A DNA stretch of 64,000 bases, taken from positions 1-64,000 of the forward strand of contig NW_018479851.1 in NCBI RefSeq assembly GCF_002113885.1. Direction: 5' to 3'. This DNA is from Mizuhopecten yessoensis. Lineage: Eukaryota. The translations under genes were made by a program, and so were the position numbers. Every line of letters starts with the position of its first letter. Position 1 is the stretch's first letter. Below the pieces are notes generated by a model. That model saw only the letters and a list, made by a program, of their open reading frames with translations, ran no database searches and was not told the DNA's origin. Positions 14,561-26,621 of the stretch are shown one piece after another.

Positions 14561-16752
14561 TACACTACATACAAATAATTATAAACAGTTTTAACGTGGA
14601 CTTTATCATATGACCAATACGTAAACACTCGTGAAGCGTGACAACATTCAGACGATAGAATAACATATGTATATGTACAAATCCACGACACACAGAAGTC
14701 CACGGTAACAGGTGTCAATGGATCTGCCGCGATGGCAGCCATGTTGATGTTCAGATTAGGGTCTAAATTGGACTTGAACACTTCGGGTAATCGTTGTTAT
14801 TGGCACGTGCAGAAATATTCATGAAAAATAAAGCATGTTTTTAAGGGTAATCGCAAGGAAACAATTGCTGACGATGATGACATTGATTGAGTTATTCACT
14901 GTCATCTTTACTTCAAAGGCAACACAAAAACATATTGTCTCTTGCAAACTAAGCGAATCAGGTGACTTTTCCCCCAGATGTCCAGGCTTTCAAGCACTAA
15001 TTTAACATGATATAAGTTATTAGATGAAGATAGAATGGTATCTAAATCTTCCAAATTCTTTATTTACTTTTGTGTATATATAATACTTATGATGATCGAT
15101 AATTTTGTTAATTTTACATAACTGCTGAAGAATCACTTTCTACTCGGTGTAGTCTAGTACCATGGGTATATTGTTAATAATAGGATACAGATAATTAACT
15201 AGAAATTTGTTTTGTGAACAAAAACATATGTCTCGCCTTATTAGCCAATATGATTATTTGGAAGAATAGAAAGGTCATACCAAGATTAAGGTGTGTACAT
15301 TTTAAACCATTAAATTTTAAAATTATTCTGGTTCATGTAAAATTGCCTTAACAATTTTGGATAAGTTTCGGCAGCTATGGTACTATAGAATAGGAATTGT
15401 CACACATCTGATTACAATCTGGTTATTCTATTGGCTCATCATTTTTTATAAACTTAAACTTAGTGTATTTAGGTCATTTAAGCAAGTTTTGTCAACGTAG
15501 GAGAAATAACATGGAAATTATGCTGCAAACAAACTTCGGTATGAAAAATAAACAAAGGGCAATATCTCAATATATAGTGTGGCACGAGACCCGACTTAAG
15601 AAATCGACACTCCTACTTCCCAAGATACATAACTATAGCAAGTTTGATTAACGTAGGTGAAATAACATGGACGTTATGCCGTGGACAAACTTCGGTATTA
15701 AAAATAAAAAGGGCCATAACTCTGTGTGTATATAGTTGGACACGAGACCAAATTTCAGGGCACTGCACACCTTCTTTGGGTGATGCAGGTATTGTATACA
15801 TCGAGTGTGATCAATATCTTTAACGGTTTAGAAGTTATGTCGTGGACAAACTTCGTTGTAATTTTTTATATGTCTAAGAAACTTTCAGTGGATGAACAAG
15901 AATACTGGAAATGTGCATTTCTAAAATGGGTTCATGCTGTGATCACTCAACGCCTGATTTTCGGATCAGCACCTCGCTATTCAAAGCCATTCTAAGACTA
16001 ATAATTTCTAACTTATATGTGTACTGCTGCTCAATATATCTGTAGCTTCAAGTATTATATAGATATACCTGATGTACACAACAGCTGCAGCTGCTGTTTA
16101 CACATTAAAAGGTATTATAATTTCCATAAACTAATAATAAATTGATATTGGTATGATACCACTGTGATATGATGACTGAAAACGAATGTTCTGTACTAAC
16201 GTTCCTACCAATTTGCGATAAAAAGATTGGTGGCCAATCTGTTACAATGTATAAAATTAAAAATATGAAAAGTGGGAAAAAGTCTGAATTTGCAGGTTAG
16301 ATACATGTTAGTTTTAAAAGCACTGATTGGTAGAAAGAGAGATGGCACTCGGAGAGACACGACTAAAAATGGACTTCAGGTTTGAAGGAAAGATAATTGC
16401 AAGGAGAAGGTTGATTGTAGATAAAGGAGCTGTGTTAGAAAAGGGAGGTAGATGTAAAGGAACTGGAAGTTAGAAAAAAAATAAATACTAAATGCATTTA
16501 CCTGAAATTCGACTTCCCGAGCTTTTCAGTATTTCCCAGACCATATAAAATGTATCGATCATAAATGTATGAAACAAATGACAGAAATGGGGAAAATATA
16601 AGGCCACATTGCAGATTGAAGTAAAATATTGATTCACAGTAGAACAACATTCTCTGCATGGTCCACTTGGCGGATTCATCTTTGAGAAGAAAACATCTTG
16701 AGACGGCCCCTAACTTAAGTTCATTTTCTGTACCGATAGAGGAACTCCCTTT

Positions 16753-17830
16753 CCCAGCAGGCAAAGGTTCGATGGGCCGACGTCGCGATCGGCTGGCAAG
16801 GTCGCAGGTGCACATTCGCAACAACGGCTCAATGTTGGTCCAATAAGTACAAAATTGAATGTTTACGGGCAGCATGATTTGCAACGTTTAGCCAACGTTG
16901 GCGCAGCAACTGAAATATAACCAATAGCATGAGAATGGTATGGAAGCTAGTTCGTTAAATTTCCAACATTCATCCAACAATGACTCAAGTTAGAGCAACG
17001 TTGAGCCAACAAGATGTTTGAACAAAATATATATGATATGGTCAGTTTAATCAGAGAAAATACAGCAATAGACCAACCCAGTTGCATAACTAACAATTTA
17101 ACGTGACAATATAATTCGCTTAAAACTGGTATTTTAAAACATTGGTGCCACGTTGGGCCGACATATTCCTGTCTGCAAGGTCGGTACCACTTTTAGCCGA
17201 CAGCAAAACGTGTGAATAAATATAAATGTCCATGGTCGGTTTAATAAGATTACATCTGTGTTGGGCCGACGAGTTGCATATTTTACAGTATAATATACTT
17301 CGTTTAAAACCGGTATTTATACCACATTGTTTTGAACAATATCGGTACTAAATCGCGGGATCGGGCCGACGAATTTTCTACAAACTTGTTGACCAATTGG
17401 GCCAACACAGTGTTCTCGAAAACGTCGGTACCACGTTGGGCCGACAAACCCCGCCCCCCTTAATTTACATGGTAAGTTAAACAAAGTTACTACAACGGAT
17501 TTGGACCGACACCGTTGCATATTAATATGCATTTATGTATATAACAAACTGTAATGTATCTCGTTTAAAATTTGTATTTTACAACGCTGGTACCACGTTA
17601 GGCCGACATACTGATTTCTTCAACGTCGGTGTTATGATAGGCCGACATCTAGACGTTTGAATGAAACATTAATTTACTTGATAAAACTAATACAGCATTG
17701 GACTGACACTGTTGCACATTTTACATATTTAAAGTGCAAGATATTCCGTTTAAAGCTTGTGTTTTTCTACAACGTTGGTTCCTCGTTGGGCCGACACATT
17801 ACCGACAACTAGACGTTTGGACAAAATTCA
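16753..17830. mobile_element. Probable non-autonomous DNA transposon end with many subterminal GTTGGGCCGAC motifs
   Basis: Starts CCCAGCAGGCA; more than 10 copies of a (AC)GTTGGGCCGAC-like motif in degenerate ~200-bp units; no matching right TIR found. Confidence 0.45.
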
Positions 17831-19077
17831 AGAGCAGCATCATTTATCCCCTGAGAAGCCCTACCATGGATGTGTCTCGGGCTCGCTGGAGGCTTAGGCT
17901 GCCCCACGACCCCTCATCTAAACGTTCGCTTACACATGTACATCAGACCAACCCCAGCTACATCATATTGCAATTGTGTGCTTTTGATCAAATGGATATA
18001 TTATGCAGAATCTTCGAATTTCTATTTTTTTGTAAACGTTTAAAAAATATATATAATATAACATTAGTACTAAACAAATATATACAATTGTACGAACTGT
18101 TACAAATGTAGTTAACGATACGATTGTGTTTCCAGAAACTAAATTCATATCACTGACTGGTATCCTTTGTTATAAAATGGTTAATTGTGTCATGTCGTGC
18201 TAGTGTGTATAAATACCTGTACACACACCTACATGCAGCTCGGTGCTCAGCATTTTATCCATAGATTACATACACTACTATGGAACCACCACTCGTGCAC
18301 CCGGTCAGCTGATTTCACACACAATGACAACTTCGTATTACTACGCATAGTACCGTTTCTGAGAAGAGTTATCTCCCCTCCTCCGAGATAACGTAGTTGC
18401 GAGAAATAATAATAAACATTACAAAAATAATAAATTTTGCACCATTTTTGCTATTATTTTTTTAAATTTGAAATTAAGAATAAATTAATATTTATAACAT
18501 TGTCATATTAAATACTGACTTTCGACTCGCAACCGGTTCTTCGTGGTCACGAACATTCGAACACCCAAACATCCGGCTGGGTAATTCTCGGGACATCAAC
18601 TTGCACATTAAACCCATAAAACTTTATAATGACACAGGACGCTTCATTCATCAAATTATAATCATTTACATCTTCAACGGCTGTACATTAAACTTCAAAT
18701 GAGCTCTATGCCTACTGCCGACGGGTGTTCTGGGTGGTAAATATGGTGTGACCGATGATTTGAAATAGTGCGGACATAAACATTTTTAAATATATAATAT
18801 GCGGTGCTTAAAGTAAAAAAAAAACATCAATTAGATCAACTTTCTAAAATGAGAGGAATATCAAGTGTTGGTTATTAGTAGATTCTCGACATATATTTTG
18901 TTTCAACAAAATCGGCTGATCGGCAGAAGTCGAACATTTGAAGTTTGTGTGTAGGCTGGGGTTCAGGCTGTTCCTTTTTTATGGTATTTTCTCCGATACT
19001 AATATTGAAAATATCAAATTTACAAAAAAAGTGTTGTACTTTCTTTTATTGTAGCTCATCGTAACGTAAATATATGA

Positions 19078-19210
19078 ATTGAATGGATTTTTTCCATGTA
19101 CATTGCGGCAATGAAAAGTAGTAGCTGATCTACATATCTTCTGAGGATATGTAGATTAGCTGCTACTGCTATTAATTGCAGCAATGTACATGAAATAAAA
19201 TCCATTCAAT
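19078..19210. repeat. ~133-bp hairpin / MITE-like palindrome
   Basis: ATTGAATGGATTTT..CATGTACATTGC..GCTGATCTACATATC pairs with GATATGTAGATTAGC..GCAATGTACATG..AAAATCCATTCAAT. Confidence 0.8.
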
Positions 19211-19245
19211 CCCAAATGGCTCCCTCCAAATTATTCAAACTGAAC

Positions 19246-22182
19246 TATAACGGAAGATGGACCATCTTCGGAATGAACATTTGAATGTAATGGACCTTTA
19301 CAGAGGCTACAAGTTGACAGCGCAAACAACTGTAAACGGTCAAGGCACTTTTGAAGGAGCCTGCCGCGTTGGTCTTGATAACCAGGATTACGCGAGTGAT
19401 GTAAGCGGACATTGAAATCACCCATGACAATTACAGATCCATACAGGGAAAATGTCGTGCACAGCTCGTCAATCTTTTGGATGTATTCATTAAGTTTAGC
19501 CTCTGTAAAGGTCCATTGCATTCATATGTTTATTCCGAAGATGGTCCATATCTTCCCTTATATATCACATTATCATCAACTCATCTAAATTAGACCTCGT
19601 GAGTGAATGTTCCATTTTGGATGGCGATTATCTTGACGTGTCAAACCATAGGCCGTTGGTATGTGAACTGGTTTTCCCTGATTCGGTTTCCGGTGAAAAT
19701 TATTGTGATAAACACGTTTACTAAAATCATCTGATTGTACCTTGCCAAAAGGTAAAATTTGGAAGTTTTTAAAACTCTATTGGAACAACAAACTAAAAGA
19801 TCTTCATCAAAACATGTGGAGATGTCAGGTTTGGGTCTCTAAAGGTCGACCGCGTGACACGGACTCAGTCACATTTAGAAACTATAAAGATGCGAAACGC
19901 TTATTTAGGAACAGACATAGACAGGTTTCAGAGGATCACATTGTAGACTTAAAACAACGAAATAGAAAGCTGTGTTGATGTTAATCAAAAGACGTTCTGG
20001 TCTCTTGTTAGAAAACGTTGTACTAACACTTCGGGGTTTGTAACAGGCATTCTGAGTAATCATGACTCGGAAATCGACTGCTTTGATAATTTTTCTTTAA
20101 ATGAGGTCAAGTGCATCTGCAAAAAACTCCCTATTGGCAAAGCAGCTGGGTATGCTCATATTGTGTATGAGCACTTGATATATGCTAACGACACCTTATA
20201 CAACTGTTTATGTGTTTTATTTCACGCATTCCACAGGTTAGAGTATGTTCCACCTCTGCTTACAAAAGGTCTGATTTGTACACTGTATAAAGGTCACAAC
20301 AAACCTAAGGGTGATCCCTATAGTTATCGTGCCATTTCCTTATTTTCTATTATGTTTTTGAAAAATTACTACTAAACCGACTGGATTCAAAAAATATCTT
20401 TGAGAACGTCAGTAGTACGATGACTGCTCACTTAGTCCACGAGTCTGTTTCGTATGCTTGTGACAATAACAGTAAACTGTTTGCTTGCTTCCTAGATGCT
20501 GCCAAAGCATTTGACTGCGTATGGCATAATGGCCTATTTTTTTTAAACTCGCCAGCATCGGCTTTAAGTCAAAGTATATTCATATTATTGCTTCTTTATA
20601 TGAAATATGTTCAAAGTCTGCCAATTAATGATTTGTTAAATGATTTGTGCGCTGCAAAGTATTCATTTCTTATTCAAGACGTTAATGTAACTTGTCCAAC
20701 TCAAGCTGACGATATTACGTTGTTATCTCTTTGTAAACGTGGTCTGGACAATCTCATGGATATCTGCTACACTTACAACTATTATTGGAGATTCAAATAC
20801 AACGCGTCTAAGTCTGTTATGATTGTCTTTAATGAAGGTACAAATGCTTTCTCAAAGACGATTCGGAGCTGGTCTCTCGGCAATGAAGTTGTCTCAGAGG
20901 ATGTTGGGACAAAACACGTCGGCATCTTCTTAAACAAATTCAAACCTGGCTGTCCAGACATCAATGAGATTGTTAACAAGCTACGTAGTCAATGTTTTGC
21001 CCTACTCCATTGTAACCTTTTCGGTACTGGGATCAATCCAATGACAGTTGCAAAGTTATATAAGTCTATTGTTCTGCCTAGAAGCCTCTTTGGCTGTGAA
21101 CTTTGGTTTTCACTAACAGAAACTGATTTGTCTCGTATTGAAACTGTACATGCAAAGCTCATTCAAAGTTGTATCCGTCGCACACGATCAGATATCGCTC
21201 TCAGTATGTTAGGCCTTATCTCAATACACCTCGAGATTGAATTAGCCAAACTTCGCTTTTTTGCTGCTTTATGTAGACTAGATACACGATATACTGTAAA
21301 GAGAATTTTTATGTTTCGTCTTTTTTCACACATATTTTGAATTCAATGTGGAAAAGGTTTTGTTTCAGATGTTTGGAAAATCTTATGAATATGAATTATA
21401 TGATGTATTATTGGCCATCTTACAAAAAGGATTTTTTCCTTCTAAACAATCATTGAAACGTCTAACGAGAGGTGTTCTAATTCGTAATTACACTTATGAG
21501 TGGAGGCAGCGACCCCTTCTCAGCAAGGACTTTTCTTGATTTATGTATCTGCAATATGATATCTGTCCTTCGACTATTTGGTTTTTATCGAAACGTTTTC
21601 CCTACTTTTGAAGAACATGCGCTAATGTTGCAAAGCTCTGGATTATTTCTCCAGATTGTGAATTAGCATGTGCACAATGCAATGTGCTTGCAGCCGATGA
21701 AGTTGCACATTGTATTTTGGACTACACTGGCGAAGAAGTGTTAGCTTTACGCAATAACGTCTTCTCCAAAGTTATCAACGACTACCCGGTTCATGCTTAC
21801 GTTGCACTGGACCAGGCGAGTCGGGATATTCAAATAGCAACGCTTCTTGGCTCTCCTCCTGATCTTTTTCGAGATCTTTTTGGAGAAGACGACGATCTTT
21901 TCTTGTCTTTTGTACGCGACTGTTGCATCTTTGCAGAGAAAGCTTTTGCTCTTACCTTCCAATAATACATGAGTTCCTGTAAATAATCTTTGTGTGTATT
22001 ATACTGGTTGAAGGCTATGCAATCGTAAAATGTATAAGTTTGCATCATTCAATCAGCTTATTGTTTCAGTCATTATACTTTCTTTTGTAACTGTATTAAT
22101 TTTCTTATATCTATTGTTTATTTAAAATATATATTTCACATAACTCTTCATGTTTGGAGGAATAAAGATATGAATGAATGAA
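19246..22182 (+). mobile_element. Degenerate non-LTR retrotransposon (APE endonuclease + RT; L2/CR1-group or RTE-X, clade unresolved) with inverted 5' segment
   Basis: Endonuclease fragment VIVMGDFNV on the minus strand (19246-19496). RT on the plus strand: YRAISL, FLDAAKAFDCVWHNGL, CPTQADDITLL, YKSIVLPRSLFGCELW, with stops, frameshifts and internal deletions. 3' end AATAAA at 22161 plus (TGAA)3. Confidence 0.85.
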
Positions 22183-22429
22183 TTAGTTCTATGTTAATTT
22201 GATCTTTTCTCATATCTGTTTGACCGAGTCATGTATGCATGTACAGTATACCTTGAGGTAACTTTTGATCTAAACTTCATTCTGCTGTATATAAAAGACA
22301 ACCTTTAATATGAGTTCGTGGTTTCACATATTTACTAGTACAGTACTTTATGTGAAAGAAATAGATGCGATCATTGCAATATGAGAAAGATCTGTTTTGT
22401 TCTTCCTGTAGCCATCTTGTTTATGATCA

Positions 22430-23297
22430 CTTTTGAATTAAACAGGCAAAATTAAGGACCAAGGGGAACTTCCATATCAAATTTGACGAAGATCCATCAA
22501 GTACTTTCTGAGAATTAACAATAACAAACTGTAACTGTCAAAATCCCAAGATGGCCACCTGTCAACAATTTTGTTTATTCCATCAGTCACAAAAGTAAAC
22601 ATGCACAACAAATGACCTAGGTGAACCTACATAACAAATTCGATAAAGATCTGGGAAATAGCTATAACACACATTAACTGTCATAAAAACGATGGCCGCC
22701 AGTCAGCCATATTGTTTATCCGATCAGTCTCAAAAGTAAACAAGCACAAAAAAGACAAAGGGTAATCTGCATATCAAATTTTAGAAAGATCCCTCCATCA
22801 CTTCCTGCGAAACACATTGTAGCAATAACAAATATACTGTCAAAATCCAAGCACAAACTAAGGGGAACGTACATATTAAAGTAGTTTCTGAGAAATAGCG
22901 ATAACAAACCTTCAAATCCAAGATAGCTGCCCGTTGGCTATTTTGTTTATCTGATCAGTGTCAAAATTTGATATACATAACTAGCCACCACGGGAAACGT
23001 TCATGTGAAATATGAGAAAGATCAATCAGGTAATTTCTGAGAAATAGTGCTAACAAACTTTTACTCAATAAATTCAATATGGCGCCTATCGGCCATATTT
23101 GTTCCAATCAGTATAAAAAAACGATATGCATAACTAGGGCCCATGGGGAACCTTCATGTGAAATTTGAGAAAGATACTTCCAGTACTTACTGAGAAATAC
23201 CACTAACAAAAATTGTTTAAGGATGGACGGAATGACAGACGGACCACGGACACAAGGCGATTTGAATAGCCCACCATCTGATGATAGTGAGCTGAAA
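22430..23297 (-). mobile_element. Helentron/HINE-like non-autonomous element with degenerate ~150-170-bp internal repeats
   Basis: Terminal AGCCCACCATC-TGATGATAGTGAGCT structure, GGAC-type microsatellite, repeated CAAGATGGC / GAAAGATC / TTTCTGAGAAATAG units. Confidence 0.6.
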
Positions 23298-23413
23298 TTT
23301 AACGATCGGGCCAAAAAGCTACGGTTCCCCCAGCTAGGATAACATGAACAATTATTTCAGAAAAAAGTGTAATAACATGATTGTAACAGCATTCAGTTCC
23401 CAGTTATTTGAAA

Positions 23414-24776
23414 AACAACTAGAGCGTTGACAGGTCAGTAAGGGCCCCGTCTTGTGGCAATATATCCCCCATAATCATCAAGAAGCAATCTGCCTATATA
23501 GCTGAGCTTGACGTTTGACATTTGGACTTCAAAAAGAGTCGCAAGGAAGCAAAATATACATTTTACATGTACTATGATGTGAGTCTTGTTTCCTTCCACC
23601 TCCATATTTGCTGGGCTAACAGAAATGTAAATACCGGTGCAATACTCACTTGTTAGCTTTGATTTGTTTTATTTCACCTTATATACCTCCTCCATCAAGA
23701 GCCAGGGTGAAAGTCAGAGATCGACTTTGTGTTTAACCTTTGGACCGAAATGACCTTGACCATTAACCCAGTGACCCTGATCTTTGGTCAGTTGACTTAT
23801 TCTTTAATTCCGACCAACTTTGCTTCATAATATTATAACAAAATGTTCACCAGTGAAAAATACAAAACTTGACCTTGACCCTTTGGACCCCGTAACCTGG
23901 ACCTAAGGTCAGTTGACTCTGTGTTAAGTTCTGAGCAAGTTTGCTACATAATAACATAAAAAAAGTTCATCAGTAAAAAGATACAATAATTGACCTTGAC
24001 AGTGACCACGTGACCTTGACCTTAAGTCAGTTGACTCCTTGTTCAATTCTGACCAACATTGCTGCATAATGTCATAACAAAATGTTCATCAGGGAAAAGA
24101 TACAAAATTTAACCTTCACCTTTGACCCAGTGACCTTGACCTTTGGTCAATTGACTCCTTGTTTAATTCTGATCATTTTTTCTTCATCATGTCATAACAA
24201 AATGTTCACCAGTGAAAAGATACAAAAGTTAACCTTGACCTTTGACTCAATGACCTTGACATTTGGTCAGGTTGACTCCTTGTTTAATTCTGATCAACTT
24301 TGCTTCATCATGTCATAACAAAATGTTCATCAGTGAAAAGATGCAAAATTTGACCTTGACCTTTGACTCAATGACCTTGACATTTGGTCAGGTTGACTCC
24401 TTGTTTAATTCTGATCAACTTTGCTTCATCATGTCATAACAAAATGTTCATCAGTGAAAAGATACAAAATTTGACCTTGACCTTTGAACTTAATGACCTT
24501 GACCTTTGACCTTGGCTTTTTACCTCAATGTGCATTTTGATCAGGAGTGATTACTATTCCGTCTTTGCGTATTGCAGAGTTATCTTCTCTTGTGAGCAGG
24601 TATTGATTGTTACGTCATTGGTTTGTGAGAGTAACGTCATCAATTTTTGAGAAAACGACGTAATTTTCTCACACAAACCAATGACGTAACAATCAATACC
24701 TGCTCCCAAGAGAAGATAACTCTGCAATATGCAAAGACGGAATAGGGCACCCGTATCTCCGATACGGGGCCCTAAT
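23414..24776 (-). mobile_element. Helentron/HINE-like element carrying a ~120-bp tandem array (23740-24510, ~6 copies)
   Basis: Subterminal inverted repeats TAAGGGCCCCGT (23439) and ACGGGGCCCTA (~24764), the latter with a flanking hairpin. Unit TGTCATAACAAAATGTTCA..TGACCTTGACC at 24070, 24190, 24311, 24432. Confidence 0.75.
24554..24745. mobile_element. 192-bp hairpin MITE inserted into the HINE-like element
   Basis: CTATTCCGTCTTTGC..GCAGAGTTATCTTCTCTTG..ACGTCATTGGTTTGTG has a near-perfect reverse complement ending GCAAAGACGGAATAG. Confidence 0.85.
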
Positions 24777-25260
24777 GATCAGAATGTGTGTTTCAAGTGT
24801 TTGTGAAATAACTTACTTGCATGATAGGAATGGAGAGTGATAACAAATAAACTACTAAATAACTTTATTTCACTGGAAGCTGTGATTTAACTTTGTCTTT
24901 TTTTATTGCATGAGAGTCAAGACTTTAATACATGTACAACATTTTTACAAATAACTGAACTGTAAAACCGGGAAATTTTCGATTTGCTTCAAATGACTAA
25001 TTCATTTTCACCTATATATTATCTGCTCATTGATCTCCTTGTGTTTTTACATTGAGGTCGAATATAAAACTAGGGATTTGAAAATATTGAAAAAATAATC
25101 AACTCAAAAGGCAAAATCAGTTTTTTAAAACATTTTTTCCCCCTCGTTTTATATTTCACCATTATACACTCACGTTAGTCGATTGTTTCTTAATCAAATT
25201 GCATAAAAAATATGGTTTGAGTGACACCATGTCTAATTAGATTATTAATATTGTTACAAC

Positions 25261-25492
25261 AATGTCTTGTCTTTTTGTTTTACAATGCATTGTACATTTG
25301 CCCTGGTATACAACAATACTAAATAACACAAAAGAACAACATAAATCATGCTCTTTGATCAGTCAGTTAAGAAAAAATTTCTGACTGATCAAAGAGCATG
25401 ATTTATGTTACCATATTCTTTTGTGTTATTTAGTATTGTTATATGACCAGGGCACATGTACAATGCAGTGTAAAACAAAAAGACAAGACATT
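25261..25492. repeat. 232-bp fold-back palindrome (~110-bp arms, 14-nt loop)
   Basis: AATGTCTTGTCTTTTTGTTTTAC...GCTCTTTGATCAGTCAG / loop / CTGACTGATCAAAGAGC...GTAAAACAAAAAGACAAGACATT. Confidence 0.9.
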
Positions 25493-26034
25493 CCAGAGTG
25501 ACATTGGCCCCCACTGTTGTAAGATCTTCATTACTTCTATATAAGTGTCATCTTCCTATTGCTGCAATTGACATTCTCCTTTCAAATGGATCAACAGATT
25601 TCCGTCAATCATATTTTTCTTCTAAATCCAGCAGCTTGAAGCTTGAATTGAAATTTGAGAAAGATCTGAAACTAACTTTCCAAGTAAAAGTGATCACACT
25701 AAACATATATATATATACTTCAACAGTCAAATTCAAGATGTCTGTCTACTGGTGGCCATTTTTTCAATAAAGTGAGTCAAGAGGAGCCTATATTTTGATA
25801 GGAACTTACAAAATACCTTTCTTAGAAATAATCATAATCAAATTATTATCCAGTCAATCTACAGTATAACATACAAAAAATTGTGAAAGAATTCATTATT
25901 ACTGACAGATGATGGAAGCTGCACCTTTGCAAAAGCTCACAGACACTTCAACGAATGTCATTTAGGTGAGCTAAAAACAAGCACTTATAACAATGAATAG
26001 AAAAAACATTCAATCATAAAAGTTTGTCAGTATT

Positions 26035-26040
26035 TTTATT
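26035..26040 (-). terminator. Candidate polyadenylation signal AATAAA of STEEP1
   Basis: TTTATT on the plus strand ~580 nt past the STEEP1 stop codon. Confidence 0.45.
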
Positions 26041-26621
26041 TTAGACATCACAAGGTATGGCTCTCACATCAATACAAAAAGTAACAACCGTTTGACAAAC
26101 CAGTTGTCTCCACTTACAAATGTTTAAAATCTACCACTTCACACATTCTTATACTTCTCATACGTTACAGAGTACATACAAAATTCTCAGTGATGAGAAG
26201 CTGATTCTGTCCCTTAATACAGGGAAATGTATGGTATATACAGGAATGAAGTGATCTCTTTGTTAACATTAACTGTGTAAAGAGACCACCTTAGGCATGA
26301 GTACAGTTGGCCATATGCTGTTTAATGGTCCTTAGTGGAATGATGTAGTCTTCCCTTGTTTTACTACATAAACCCTGGCCAGTGTTTAACAGAGATGATC
26401 AGCACCATACACCTATACACTTGTAACAGCTGGGCTGCTGCATATAATAGTCTGACTACCATTTAACATATGCTTAACAGGTGTTTATCTGGTTCTTCGT
26501 CACACTATTACTGTTCCTAGGACCTTAAAGTTCTAGAGGAAGCTCACATCACCAGAATATTCTGAAAATGGTCCCTTTGTGGTCCTGGAGAATGAATGTC
26601 ATCTACAGTGTACCACCTTAT

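Noticed and set aside
19497-19521. N-terminus (MQWTFTEAK) of the 96-aa minus ORF 19231-19521
   Set aside because: It is the antisense reading of the non-inverted LINE segment across the inversion junction, not a real start.
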